A stretch of DNA of 64,000 nucleotides from Patescibacteria group bacterium. GTDB lineage: Bacteria; Patescibacteriota; Microgenomatia; UBA1400; Chisholmbacteraceae. Of this stretch, positions 7,562 to 17,013 are shown one piece after another. Both the position numbers and the translations under genes were made by a program. The notes beneath the pieces were generated by a model, which was given only the letters and a program-made list of their open reading frames with translations, did not search any database and had not been told where the DNA came from. The DNA is taken from the NCBI GenBank assembly GCA_022564195.1, contig JADFLW010000004.1, forward strand, positions 815 to 64,814, given 5' to 3'. Numbering within the stretch: the stretch's first letter is position 1; each line of letters begins with the position of its first letter.

Positions 7562-8182
7562 TTGGGTATAATACGGTTGATGAAACAGCCTTTCTTGATT
7601 GTGGTGCTCGTTGCTGCCTTATTGCTGTTCGCCGTTACTTTCTTGAGGCGGCCAGAGCCTGTGATTGACACCGTTTCGGTTGCTCCCAAAGAAGAGATCG
7701 GGGAGATTTCTGAACGTGAGTGTGTGGTGACGGTTGCTGATGCTGGGGGGCCGTATTATCAAGCGAATTCGCCGTTTCGGGACGAGCTTTCTCCACCGGA
7801 TGCAATTGGGGAGAGCTTGCGCATCACCGGGAGGATTCTTGAGGATGACTGTGTGACTCCTGTCTCTGGCGCTACTTTGGACATTTGGCACGCCGATGCG
7901 AGTGGGCGGTATGGGGAAGATTGGTACCGGGGGAAAGTTCAGGCTGGTGACAGCGGCGAGTACGGGTTTGAGACCATCCGACCTGCAGCATACGGCTCCG
8001 GATTAACACAGAGACCAGCGCACATCCACTATAAAGTCCTTAAGGACGGCCAGGAACTTCTCACTTCCCAGATGTATTTTGACCAGAGCCTTCTTTCCAG
8101 GGTGGGTCCGACTCGTTTGGTTGCTCTCGAGAAGATAGACGATGGATGGCTTGGGAGGCTTGATATCGTTGTTACCCCTTGA
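7562..8182 (+). CDS. Intradiol ring-cleavage dioxygenase family protein with an N-terminal signal/TM segment
   Basis: LDIWHADASGRYGEDWYRG…GEYGFETIRPAAYG…RPAHIHYKV matches conserved intradiol dioxygenase blocks: WQANAxGRY, the TI.P motif and RPAHIHF. An N-terminal hydrophobic segment is present. Confidence 0.65.
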   Translation: MGIIRLMKQPFLIVVLVAALLLFAVTFLRRPEPVIDTVSVAPKEEIGEISERECVVTVADAGGPYYQANSPFRDELSPPDAIGESLRITGRILEDDCVTPVSGATLDIWHADASGRYGEDWYRGKVQAGDSGEYGFETIRPAAYGSGLTQRPAHIHYKVLKDGQELLTSQMYFDQSLLSRVGPTRLVALEKIDDGWLGRLDIVVTP

Positions 8183-8183
8183 G

Positions 8184-9335
8184 ATGAGAAGATACGGTTT
8201 CATTTTCATCCTTCTTTTGATCGCCCTTGGGGGTGGGTTTTACCTTTTCGGCCGCCGGGATCCTCCTCTGGAGACAAAATTTGTTCAACCGGAAACCCCG
8301 CTTGCCTCGGATGGATTCGAGGGGCAGGTCGAAGAAGAACCCTTCGACGCGGCTCAGGGTAATAAAGAGAAAGTTGCGGTTACCCTGAGACAGCCGGGGG
8401 AGTATTTCCTTCTGGATTCTTCCCGCCAAGTGTATCAAACCTTCAACAACTGCGGTCCGGCGACCTTATCGATGAATCTTTCTTGGTACGGGATTGATGT
8501 CTCACAGAAAGAGCTGGGAGAGAAGATGCGGCCATACCAGAATCCGAAAGGGGATAACGACGACAAGACGATCTTCACGCATGAATTTGCAACGTGGGCT
8601 GAAAACTACGGCCTCAATGCGATAAGTAGAGTCAATGGGAGTATCGAGCTCTTAAAGCTTTTTGTCGCCAACGATATTCCGGTGGTCGTCAAAACTTGGC
8701 TCAGGCCGAATGAGGATATCGGTCATTTTCGGATTGTTCGGGGATTTGATGAGGGCAGGCAGGTGGTCATTCAAGATGATTCCTATCATGGGCCGAACAA
8801 AAAGATTTCTTACTATGATTTCTTATCGATGTGGCAGCCGTTTAACTACGCCTACATTGTCGTCTATCCCGCCGAGAAAGAAGCGCTGGTGTTTGCCATT
8901 TTGGGCGAGGAGCGTGATGAGGCAGTTGCTTGGGATCGGGCTTTGGAGCGAGCAAAGAAAGAGGCTGATCTTGATCCCGAGAACATTTACCCGTTGTTTA
9001 ACCAATCGGCTAGTTACTACCAGCTTGGTGAGTATGAGGAATCTGTCGCGACGTTTGAGCAGGTTGAGGACAGGCTTCCTCGACGGATGCTTTGGTACCA
9101 GATCGAGCCGATCTTGGCCTACCAGAAGCTCGGGAGGTTTGATCGGGTGTTTGCGATCGCGGATACACTCTTGAATGGCGGGAATCGGGCCTTTTCCGAG
9201 CTCTATCAAATCCGTGGTGAAGTCTTTCTTGAGCAAGGGGATCGGGAGAAGGCGCGTGAACAATTCGAGCTGGCGCTTGCCTACAATGAGCATTTCGAGC
9301 CGGCGAAGGTGGCGATTGCGGGCTTGACCGAGTAG
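8184..9335 (+). CDS. Membrane-anchored C39-like peptidase domain protein with C-terminal TPR repeats
   Basis: An N-terminal TM helix is followed by NNCGPATLSMNLSWYG, a C39 papain-like catalytic Cys context. The C-terminus carries TPR-like repeats (YYQLGEYEESVATFEQ, LAYQKLGRFD, EQGDREKAREQFELALAYNE). Confidence 0.6.
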   Translation: MRRYGFIFILLLIALGGGFYLFGRRDPPLETKFVQPETPLASDGFEGQVEEEPFDAAQGNKEKVAVTLRQPGEYFLLDSSRQVYQTFNNCGPATLSMNLSWYGIDVSQKELGEKMRPYQNPKGDNDDKTIFTHEFATWAENYGLNAISRVNGSIELLKLFVANDIPVVVKTWLRPNEDIGHFRIVRGFDEGRQVVIQDDSYHGPNKKISYYDFLSMWQPFNYAYIVVYPAEKEALVFAILGEERDEAVAWDRALERAKKEADLDPENIYPLFNQSASYYQLGEYEESVATFEQVEDRLPRRMLWYQIEPILAYQKLGRFDRVFAIADTLLNGGNRAFSELYQIRGEVFLEQGDREKAREQFELALAYNEHFEPAKVAIAGLTE

Positions 9336-9354
9336 CGAAGTGTTCGCTCTGGCC

Positions 9355-9585
9355 TCACCCGGTCTTTGGAGGCATGTTACCATTGAGCCTGTAGACACCC
9401 GGTTGCACTTGTTCAACGATGCCCAGGTCTTCGAGTTCTTCGAACTTTGTTTGTAGGGGATATATCTCTTTGAAGATCTCGTCCATTTCTTCCATTCGAT
9501 CGGTTTGCGCTATCATCCGAGCACTTGCCTGATTGCTCTCTGTTTTGTGGGTGATGACTCCAATATTTTCTAGTTCATTCTTCAT
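9355..9585 (-). CDS. Hypothetical small acidic protein
   Basis: A 76-aa ORF with no recognised domain. Confidence 0.3.
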   Translation of the reverse strand: MKNELENIGVITHKTESNQASARMIAQTDRMEEMDEIFKEIYPLQTKFEELEDLGIVEQVQPGVYRLNGNMPPKTG

Positions 9586-9704
9586 TTTGCGGCTCTTCCT
9601 TGTTCTGGGAGCAACTGTATTCCTCTCTCAACTTACGGGGTAACATTTCTATCCTATAACGACTTGCTCGCTATTGTCCAGTGTTTTGCTACAATATCGC
9701 CAAG

Positions 9705-10778
9705 ATGTCGTTGTCTGTTGGAATCGTTGGGTTGCCGAATGTGGGAAAGTCGACACTTTTTAATGCCTTGGTGAGCAGCCGGCAGGCGCCGGTTGGCATA
9801 CACCCGTTTACGACGGTCAAGCCGAATACCGGGGTGGTGCGGCTTGCCGATACGCGTTTGGAAAGACTAAGCAAACTCATCAAGCCTGCCAAGACAACGC
9901 CGGCGACGGTAACCTTCATTGATATCGCCGGTTTGGTTAAGGGTGCGCATAAGGGAGAAGGCTTGGGGAATGAGTTCCTTGCCCACATTCGGGACGTGGA
10001 TGCGATCTGTCACGTCGTGCGGGAGTTTGATGATACGAGCGTGGCTCATGTCATGGGTTCTGTGAGTCCTTTGCGCGACCGGGATGTTGTGCGTACAGAG
10101 CTTACCCTCAAAGATTTGGAGACGCTTGAGCGAGCAAGGGAAGGGAAGAAATCGGAGCCTGTGTTGCAGGCGTCGGTGGAGAAGCTTGTTGCTGCCCTTA
10201 ATGAAGACACGCCTCTCTCCTCGGTAGATTTGAACAAGGAAGAGCGCGAGGCAGTCCACCATCTTCATCTGCTTACTGCGAAACCCGTATTTTACGTTTT
10301 GAATGTTTCGGAGGAGGATTTGGAGGAGCTTAAAGGCGAGGTGAAGCAGCTTGCCGGTAAGCTTGAGAATAGCGTTGTGGTGTGCGCAAAGCTTGAAGAG
10401 GAGCTCATTGATTTTCCTGAGGACGAGCGGGCAGTCTACCGACACGAAATGGGTCTGCGTGGCTCCGGATTGGACAGGATGATCGCCAAGGCGTATGCAC
10501 TGCTTAGGCTTCTGACGTTTTACACGGTGAAGGGGGCCGAGGCTGGTGGTGAGGTGCGTGCTTGGCCTGTTCCCGCGGGTTCGACGGCGCTTAACGCATC
10601 AGGGAGGGTGCACAGCGATTTTTCCAGACGGTTTATCACAGCGGAGGTAATTGGCGTGGAACAGCTTCTCAAGTATGAAGGATGGAAGCAGGCGAAGGAG
10701 AAAGGGAGAGTGAGAACGGAGGGGCGAGACTATATGGTACAAGACGGTGACGTTATAGAGTTCAGGGTGAGTGGGTAG
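9705..10778 (+). CDS. ychF: Ribosome-binding ATPase YchF (Obg-family GTPase with TGS domain)
   Basis: GIVGLPNVGKSTLFNAL is a P-loop, and the C-terminal TGS block DGDVIEFRV is present. The start is set at MSLSVGIVG. Confidence 0.9.
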   Translation: MSLSVGIVGLPNVGKSTLFNALVSSRQAPVGIHPFTTVKPNTGVVRLADTRLERLSKLIKPAKTTPATVTFIDIAGLVKGAHKGEGLGNEFLAHIRDVDAICHVVREFDDTSVAHVMGSVSPLRDRDVVRTELTLKDLETLERAREGKKSEPVLQASVEKLVAALNEDTPLSSVDLNKEEREAVHHLHLLTAKPVFYVLNVSEEDLEELKGEVKQLAGKLENSVVVCAKLEEELIDFPEDERAVYRHEMGLRGSGLDRMIAKAYALLRLLTFYTVKGAEAGGEVRAWPVPAGSTALNASGRVHSDFSRRFITAEVIGVEQLLKYEGWKQAKEKGRVRTEGRDYMVQDGDVIEFRVSG

Positions 10779-10861
10779 GCGAGCAGGTGTTATTGAGTTC
10801 AAAGTGGGTGGATAATGTGTTATACTAGGCGCGACGTTACCAACTGAAGGGGTTAGGATAG

Positions 10862-11152
10862 ATGAAGCGAAGATACGAGTTGACGGTTGTTTATTCCCCG
10901 CAGCTTTCTTCTACAAACCTTACGAAAGTCGAAAAATCCATAGAGAGTCTCATTGAGAAGGCTGGTGGCAAGGTTGTGAAGAAAGAGGATTGGGGAACAA
11001 AGAAGTTGACTTATAGCATTGCGAAGCAGACCGAAGGAGTGTATCGGCATATGCTCGTCGAGTTGCCTCCGGACGGTCCGGCTGCGGTCAGTCGCGAGTT
11101 TAGGCTCATGGGGGAACTCTTGCGATATTTACTTGTTCTCGCTGGGGAGTAG
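10862..11152 (+). CDS. rpsF: 30S ribosomal protein S6
   Basis: MKRRYELTVVYSPQL…KKLTYSIAKQTEGVYRHMLVEL is the S6 signature. The rpsF-ssb-rpsR synteny is present. Confidence 0.9.
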   Translation: MKRRYELTVVYSPQLSSTNLTKVEKSIESLIEKAGGKVVKKEDWGTKKLTYSIAKQTEGVYRHMLVELPPDGPAAVSREFRLMGELLRYLLVLAGE

Positions 11153-11227
11153 ATCTATGGTTGTTATTTATTTTGAGAAAAATCCCGCTTTCGCATAAAG
11201 CTTCGGTGAGGCGAAGGAGGAGGCTGT

Positions 11228-11824
11228 ATGGCTGCTCGATCGCTGAATAAAGTATTGCTCATTGGGAACCTGACGAGAGATCCTGAACTGCGATACACCC
11301 CCCAAGGGACTGCAGTGTGTACCATTGGCATTGCCACAAACCGACAGTGGACTCCAGCCGACGGGGGCGAGCGCAAAGAAGAGGTCGAGTATCACCGAAT
11401 TGTTGCCTGGGCGAAGCTCGCCGAGATCTGTGCTCAAATCTTGCACAAAGGGCGCAAGGTCTATGTTGAGGGGAGACTCCAGACTCGAACCTGGGCTGGT
11501 CAGGACGGGCAGGAGCGAAGTACGACCGAAGTGGTCATTGACACGATGATCGCTTTGGGGCCACCCCGGCCCGGTGTAACCGAGAGGACTGAAGAATCTG
11601 CGGCTGCTCCCGAAGCACAGCCTTCTGGAGCTTCCCCTGCTCAAGCTGGTGACGACACTGCTGTCGTGAGTGAGGATACTCGTTCGGAAGGCGAGGAGCC
11701 GAAGAAGAAACAGACCAAGAAGAAGGAGGCAGCAACCAAGAAGGCTTCCGAAGAAGCCCCGGGAGGTGAGGAAAAGGCGGGAGGGGGAGACGACGAGGTT
11801 TCTGAGGAAGATATCCCGTTTTAA
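11228..11824 (+). CDS. ssb: Single-stranded DNA-binding protein
   Basis: An OB-fold N-terminus (VLLIGNLTRDPELRYTPQG…) is followed by a low-complexity acidic tail ending in DIPF. Confidence 0.9.
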   Translation: MAARSLNKVLLIGNLTRDPELRYTPQGTAVCTIGIATNRQWTPADGGERKEEVEYHRIVAWAKLAEICAQILHKGRKVYVEGRLQTRTWAGQDGQERSTTEVVIDTMIALGPPRPGVTERTEESAAAPEAQPSGASPAQAGDDTAVVSEDTRSEGEEPKKKQTKKKEAATKKASEEAPGGEEKAGGGDDEVSEEDIPF

Positions 11825-11890
11825 ATCGTTGTAGTTTATTAATAGTAGAAAGATTTCGTCACGCCTCGGCGGCGGGACGCGGGGGTCAAT

Positions 11891-12124
11891 ATGATAAGAA
11901 GGCGGCGGTTATTCCAGAGGAGAGTTAGGGATTGCAGCTTTTGTGTCAGCAAGACCCATCCCGACTACAAAAAGGTCGAGGATCTTGGTCAGCACTTGAC
12001 GGACCGTGGAAAGATTATCGGTCGGGGGCGCAGCGGTTTATGTGCCAAGCATCAGCGTAGGCTGGCGCAGGCGGTGAAGCGGGCGCGCCATTTGGCACTC
12101 CTTCCATTCACTCAGCGAGTCTAG
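11891..12124 (+). CDS. rpsR: 30S ribosomal protein S18
   Basis: CVSKTHPDYKKVEDLGQHLTDRGKIIGRGRSGLCAKHQRRLAQAVKRARHLALLPF matches S18. Confidence 0.9.
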   Translation: MIRRRRLFQRRVRDCSFCVSKTHPDYKKVEDLGQHLTDRGKIIGRGRSGLCAKHQRRLAQAVKRARHLALLPFTQRV

Positions 12125-12178
12125 TTCGGTCCAATTTCCCCTTGGTTATTGTGTGAAGGTTGGGTTAGAATACTTCTT

Positions 12179-13456
12179 ATGCTCTTGCGCCCCATAAAAC
12201 TTGTACAGATTCGAACTGCTGTTCTGAGCATTTCTCTTCTTGTTCTCGCTGGGGGAATAGGGTATTGGTTTGGTCAGCATCGGGTGCGGGTGGAATTGGG
12301 AGACTCTCGCGATAAGATCCGAGTGGAGGTGGTTAATAAAGCAACACCACTTGAGCGCCGCTCGATTGATTTTTCTCTTTTTTGGCAAGTATGGGAGGAG
12401 CTTGAGCGAAGCTATCTCGACCCTGACCTGATAGATCCGGAGAAGATGGTTTTTGGGGCGATCGCCGGAATGACTTCTTCATTGGGAGATCCCTATACCG
12501 TCTTTTTGGCCCCTTCAGAGAATAGGCAGACGAAAGAGAATCTTTCCGGCTCTTTCTATGGAGTGGGTATCCAGATTGGCTATAAAGATCGGCAGCTTGC
12601 GGTAATCGCTCCCATCAAGGATATGCCGGCAGAACGAGCGGGGTTAGAGGCGGGAGACTACATCCTTCGAATTATCGATGAAGGCAAAGGTGTTGACGAG
12701 GAGACACGGGGTCTTGCGCTTCCCGAGGCGGTGTCGCTCATTCGAGGAGATCGTGGCACAACCGTGACACTCGAGATTTTCCGTGAAGGGGTTGAGGAGC
12801 CGTTTGATGTCGAGATCACGCGCGCGGAGATTGTTATTCCAAGCGTGGAGCTCGCTTTCCTTCCTGTAGAGGCACAAGAAGGCAAATCGATTGCCCACCT
12901 TCAACTTAGGCAATTTGGCGAGCGGACGGGCGAGGAATGGGATCAGGCCGTCAGCCAAATTCTTTCTCGGCGGGCTGAGCTTGTCGGATTGGTCATTGAC
13001 GTTCGCAATAATCCAGGCGGATTTCTCTCGGGAGCCATTAAGATTGCCGGCGAGTTTGTTCGCGATGGCACGGTGGTCGTACAGCAGGGGAGGCACGGGA
13101 GCGAGACGTTTCGTGTAGAAAAACCAGGGAGGCTGACAGACATTCCAATTGTGGTTCTCATGAATGAGGGGAGCGCTTCAGCCTCGGAGATTGTTGCTGG
13201 GGCTCTTCGGGATCGGCTCGGTGCAGTCTTGGTTGGAGAACAGACGTTTGGCAAGGGGACGGTGCAGGAAGCGAAGGATCTTTCAGGCGGGGCAGGGCTC
13301 CATGTGACGACGTCAAGGTGGATCTTGCCCAGCGGCAAGGAAATTAACGATAGGGGATTGACGCCGGATGTCGAAGTTTCATTAGTAGAGGAAGAGGAAG
13401 GTGAGGATGAAGTTGATGAGCAGCTTGAGAAAGCAATTGAAATTTTGGTAGAGTAA
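12179..13456 (+). CDS. ctpA: Carboxyl-terminal processing protease (S41 family) with PDZ domain
   Basis: NPGGFLSGAIKIAGEF, EGSASASEIVAGAL and TFGKGTVQ are S41 catalytic blocks. An N-terminal TM helix is present. Confidence 0.85.
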   Translation: MLLRPIKLVQIRTAVLSISLLVLAGGIGYWFGQHRVRVELGDSRDKIRVEVVNKATPLERRSIDFSLFWQVWEELERSYLDPDLIDPEKMVFGAIAGMTSSLGDPYTVFLAPSENRQTKENLSGSFYGVGIQIGYKDRQLAVIAPIKDMPAERAGLEAGDYILRIIDEGKGVDEETRGLALPEAVSLIRGDRGTTVTLEIFREGVEEPFDVEITRAEIVIPSVELAFLPVEAQEGKSIAHLQLRQFGERTGEEWDQAVSQILSRRAELVGLVIDVRNNPGGFLSGAIKIAGEFVRDGTVVVQQGRHGSETFRVEKPGRLTDIPIVVLMNEGSASASEIVAGALRDRLGAVLVGEQTFGKGTVQEAKDLSGGAGLHVTTSRWILPSGKEINDRGLTPDVEVSLVEEEEGEDEVDEQLEKAIEILVE

Positions 13457-13560
13457 ACTGTCGATGAATTGACCTCATTACTCATTGACCTCATTGGATA
13501 TTGGTGCTTAGGTGTTGATTAGGGCGGTGAGAAAGTAGAATAATTAGAAATTCTGTTTTT

Positions 13561-14709
13561 ATGAAGCGTTTCTTCATTGGATTGGCGACCGGTGTCGTTC
13601 TTGTCGTAGCCCTTCTTACGGGAGCGGTGGCGGATCGGCTTTGGGGAATACCACTTCTGGATCGGTTTGTTTCTCTCCAACCAGGCGGCACCTCAAGGAA
13701 GTTTGAGCAACGGGTTTTAACGGAAGAATCGGTGGTGATTGAAGTTGCAGAGCGCGTCAGCCCTTCGGTGGTGACGGTTTCGGTGACGCGCGAGCGTCGG
13801 GTTTTTGATCCGTTCATGGATCCCTTCGGCGCCTTTCGTCTCCCACGTCCAGAGCGACGGGAGACCATCGAGCAGGACATCGGCTCCGGATTTATCTTGA
13901 GTGCAGATGGACTGGTGGTGACCAATAGGCATGTTGTTGACGATCCCAACGTGAAGTATAAGGTGATCACCAAGGATGATAGGGAGTTTGAGGTGAAAAA
14001 GATCTACCGGGATCCAGCCAATGATTTGGCGATTCTTCAAATAGACCCGAATGGTCTTGAGCCGTTGGAGCTGGGAGATTCTGAAGCCCTTCGCGTTGGC
14101 CAGTTTGTGATTGCCATCGGCACTGCTTTGGGAGAGTTTCGTCATACGGTAACAACCGGTGTTATTTCAGGGCTCGGACGGGGCATCCAAGCAGGGGATC
14201 CATTTCGAGGTGTCGTCGAGCAACTTGATAATGTTATTCAGACCGATGCGGCGATTAACCCTGGAAACTCGGGTGGGCCGCTTCTTAACAGCGCCGGGCA
14301 AGTGATTGGGGTGAATGTGGCGGTTGCGGGTGGGGCAGAGAATGTGGGATTTGCCCTCCCCATCAATGTCGTTAAAGAATCTTTGGAAATTTTCAATGCC
14401 ACCGGTAGATTCTCACGGGCCTTCCTTGGCATTCGATACCAGATGATCTCGAGAGAATCTGCGATTCTCAACGAGGTTTCGGAGGGAGCGTTTGTCATCG
14501 AGGTTATTGAAGGATCTGCAGCGTCAGACGCGGGTATCACGCCTGGAGATATTTTGACCAACCTTGATGGTCAAGCGATTCGCAGCGAGAGTGGGGGACT
14601 GGCTTTGATCATTCGGAAGAAAAAGGTGGGAGATCGAGTGGACATTCAAGTTTGGAGAGATGGGGAGTTTCTCACCCTTCAAGCGACGCTTGAGGAGGCG
14701 GGGGAGTAA
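13561..14709 (+). CDS. htrA: HtrA/DegP-family trypsin-like serine protease with C-terminal PDZ domain
   Basis: GNSGGPLLNSAGQVIGVN gives the catalytic Ser context and HVV the His context. A PDZ domain follows and an N-terminal TM anchor is present. Confidence 0.85.
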   Translation: MKRFFIGLATGVVLVVALLTGAVADRLWGIPLLDRFVSLQPGGTSRKFEQRVLTEESVVIEVAERVSPSVVTVSVTRERRVFDPFMDPFGAFRLPRPERRETIEQDIGSGFILSADGLVVTNRHVVDDPNVKYKVITKDDREFEVKKIYRDPANDLAILQIDPNGLEPLELGDSEALRVGQFVIAIGTALGEFRHTVTTGVISGLGRGIQAGDPFRGVVEQLDNVIQTDAAINPGNSGGPLLNSAGQVIGVNVAVAGGAENVGFALPINVVKESLEIFNATGRFSRAFLGIRYQMISRESAILNEVSEGAFVIEVIEGSAASDAGITPGDILTNLDGQAIRSESGGLALIIRKKKVGDRVDIQVWRDGEFLTLQATLEEAGE

Positions 14710-14714
14710 GGGAT

Positions 14715-15611
14715 TCAAGATTTCGTAACCGCTTCGATGATTTTCTCCAGGTTACCATTGAGGATGCTTTCCAATTCATGCCAGGTCTTGTTGATGCGGT
14801 GGTCGGTGACCCGATTCTGGGGGAAGTTGTAGGTGCGGATCTTTTCGGCGCGCATGCCGTGTCCTACTGCAGCGCGACGAGTTTTTTCGATGGTTTTTTT
14901 GCGTTTCACTTCTAGTTGCTCCCAAAGTTTGGATCGCAGAAGCTCAAGGGCAATGGCTTTGTTCTGTTGTTGGAGTCTTTCTTGACGGACTTCGACCACG
15001 GTGCCGCTTGGCTTATGGGTGAGGCGAACCGCAGTTGCCGCCTTGTTGACGTACTGGCCGCCGGGCCCGCCGGCTCTGGTGAACTGCCACTCCAAGTCAT
15101 CGGGGTTGATGGTGATTTGTGATTCGGGGATTTCTGGGAGAATGGCAACCGTGGCGGTTGAGGTATGGATCCTTCCTTGCTTTTCCGTCTCTGGGATCCG
15201 TTGCACCCTGTGCACCCCTGATTCGTGCTTGAAGGCCCCAAATGCTCCGCGGCCGCTTACTTTGAGCGTTGATTCGTCCAGTTGCCAGACCTTGAAGCCA
15301 AGCTTTTGTGCAAAACGCATATACATTCTCTTCAGATCGCCGGCCCAAATCTTTGCCTCGTCCCCTCCTGCCGCACCGCGGATTTCGATGAGCGCATTCG
15401 CATCGGAATGTGTGTTTCCAGCTGTGGACTTTCTTGAAACCAGCGTACCTTGTTTTTCTTGGGGGAGCGACTGCTTGAGCAGCCGCTTTTGGGTGGCAAG
15501 CTTTTCAATTTCCTCGCGTGCCAGCACTGCAAGCTCGGGGTCGGTAAGTAGCTCTTGGTGTCTGCGGATCTGGTCTTCGATCCGCTTGAGTTCGTCTTGG
15601 ATTTGATTCAT
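14715..15611 (-). CDS. prfA: Peptide chain release factor 1 (short form)
   Basis: The GGQ motif is in AGGPGGQYVNKAATAVRLTH. The PXT tripeptide PET in RIPETEKQGRIHTS is RF1-type rather than the SPF of RF2. There is no frameshift site. The protein is 298 aa. Confidence 0.85.
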   Translation of the reverse strand: MNQIQDELKRIEDQIRRHQELLTDPELAVLAREEIEKLATQKRLLKQSLPQEKQGTLVSRKSTAGNTHSDANALIEIRGAAGGDEAKIWAGDLKRMYMRFAQKLGFKVWQLDESTLKVSGRGAFGAFKHESGVHRVQRIPETEKQGRIHTSTATVAILPEIPESQITINPDDLEWQFTRAGGPGGQYVNKAATAVRLTHKPSGTVVEVRQERLQQQNKAIALELLRSKLWEQLEVKRKKTIEKTRRAAVGHGMRAEKIRTYNFPQNRVTDHRINKTWHELESILNGNLEKIIEAVTKS

Positions 15612-15671
15612 ACATCAGAGGCTAGCATGAGTGGATAGGATGTTTGGCCGAGAACACTGCGCTTGTATGAT

Positions 15672-16019
15672 TTACTGTGTGGAGGTCTGCTTTTTTGTTG
15701 AAGAGGTTTGCTTTTCCGATTTGCGTATTTCTATTGTGAGCATTTCCTTGAGGCTCCCAGGTCGCTCTCTTTGCTTTCGGACTTTGATTTTCTTTTTGCG
15801 GGATTTGGCCACTGCCGCGGCTTTCCTTTGTTTTTCCTGGAAGCGCTCAATTCTGCCTTGCGTGTCGATCAATTTCATTTCTCCAGTGAAGAAGGGATGG
15901 CAGGCAGCACAGATCTCCACTTGGATCTCAGGCTTCGTGGATCCCGTGGTGAAGGTGTTTCCACAGGCGCAGGTGACCTTTGTATTCGGGTAGTACTTGG
16001 GATGGATCTCGGCATTCAT
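15672..16019 (-). CDS. rpmE: 50S ribosomal protein L31 (Zn-ribbon type) with Lys-rich C-terminal extension
   Basis: [10 protein letters not shown]…CACG…[10 protein letters not shown] is the L31 core. About 45 extra lysine-rich residues follow it. Confidence 0.85.
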   Translation of the reverse strand: MNAEIHPKYYPNTKVTCACGNTFTTGSTKPEIQVEICAACHPFFTGEMKLIDTQGRIERFQEKQRKAAAVAKSRKKKIKVRKQRERPGSLKEMLTIEIRKSEKQTSSTKKQTSTQ

Positions 16020-16074
16020 GTGCAGTGGATTGTAGCATCTTCAGGAGGGAAACTCAAAGCGGAGGTTCGTCCGG

Positions 16075-17010
16075 TCAGGTGCCTGGGCGGGTTTTGCCTC
16101 GCCTGCGCTCGGCTACGTAGACACCGACTGCGATGATCGCAGCACCTATGATCTCGATCAAAGAAATTCTTTCTTGGAGCAGGAGGAAGGAGGCTGGAAT
16201 GGCAATGATGGGTTGCAAGTATGTAAACACGGCCGCCTCTGAGGCTTCAATCTTGTCTTGCCCGATCAAGTAGAGAGTGAGACCCAGAATTGATCCACCG
16301 AGCGCCATATAGGCCGTTGCTAGCGCTGGCCACAAGGACGGAGCATGGATGATCGACGTTAGTGCCTCGATTGGAGATTGTCCAGAGAACGCGAGTATCG
16401 CAGAGAAACCGAGGATTCCTACCCAAAAACTTATGTGGGTGACGGCCCATTTGTTTAACCCTTGGTAGAACCGCTTGGCTGCTAGGTAGTATGTTGCAAT
16501 GGCCATGTTTTGCCCCAAGATAAGGATGTTTCCCGAGAAATTTCTTCCGATCTCCGTAGAGAGGAGGGGTGTGATGATCAGCACGGCGGTTCCGATCAGA
16601 GCGAGGACGAGACCGGTCAGCTCGTGTCGCTCCACACGCTCCTTGAGGATTGCTACCCCTCCGATGGTGACGAAGATCGGCCAGGTTATGGCAATCAATG
16701 AGGCTTCAATGGCAGTTGTCCTTGCCACCCCTTCGTAGAGCAACCAGAGTGCGAGTACCGTCCCGACTGCTTCGAGAATGAGGATTGTTCCCAGCGTTTT
16801 TCGTTTCAGAACCTTTCGGAGAGACTGTCTGCGGGATAATACGAGCATGTAGGGGATTGAGGCGGCGGCGGCGAGGAAGTACCTTCCGAGGAGAAACGTC
16901 GTTGGGGTGAGACCATCTTGGAATCCGCGTTTCACGATGGGAATGGCGAGGCCCCAGAGCACGGTGTTTCCCAGAAGTGCCAAGTAGGCTAATTTGCGTG
17001 ATTTGGTCAC
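16075..17010 (-). CDS. EamA/DMT-family transporter
   Basis: About 10 TM helices in the two-repeat EamA topology. Confidence 0.7.
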   Translation of the reverse strand: MTKSRKLAYLALLGNTVLWGLAIPIVKRGFQDGLTPTTFLLGRYFLAAAASIPYMLVLSRRQSLRKVLKRKTLGTILILEAVGTVLALWLLYEGVARTTAIEASLIAITWPIFVTIGGVAILKERVERHELTGLVLALIGTAVLIITPLLSTEIGRNFSGNILILGQNMAIATYYLAAKRFYQGLNKWAVTHISFWVGILGFSAILAFSGQSPIEALTSIIHAPSLWPALATAYMALGGSILGLTLYLIGQDKIEASEAAVFTYLQPIIAIPASFLLLQERISLIEIIGAAIIAVGVYVAERRRGKTRPGT

Positions 17011-17013
17011 ACT

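Noticed and set aside
10779-10861. A DnaA-box-like GGTGGATAA upstream of rpsF and a single perfect TGTGGATAA at about 30372, as evidence for oriC.
   Set aside because: These are isolated boxes. No dnaA or dnaN is in the window, there is no cluster of boxes and no AT-rich DNA-unwinding element next to them. That is insufficient to call an origin.
14715-15611. Possible RF2 (prfB) with a programmed +1 frameshift.
   Set aside because: The protein carries the RF1-type PXT tripeptide (PET), not SPF. The ORF is uninterrupted and no CUU-UGA-C frameshift site is present.
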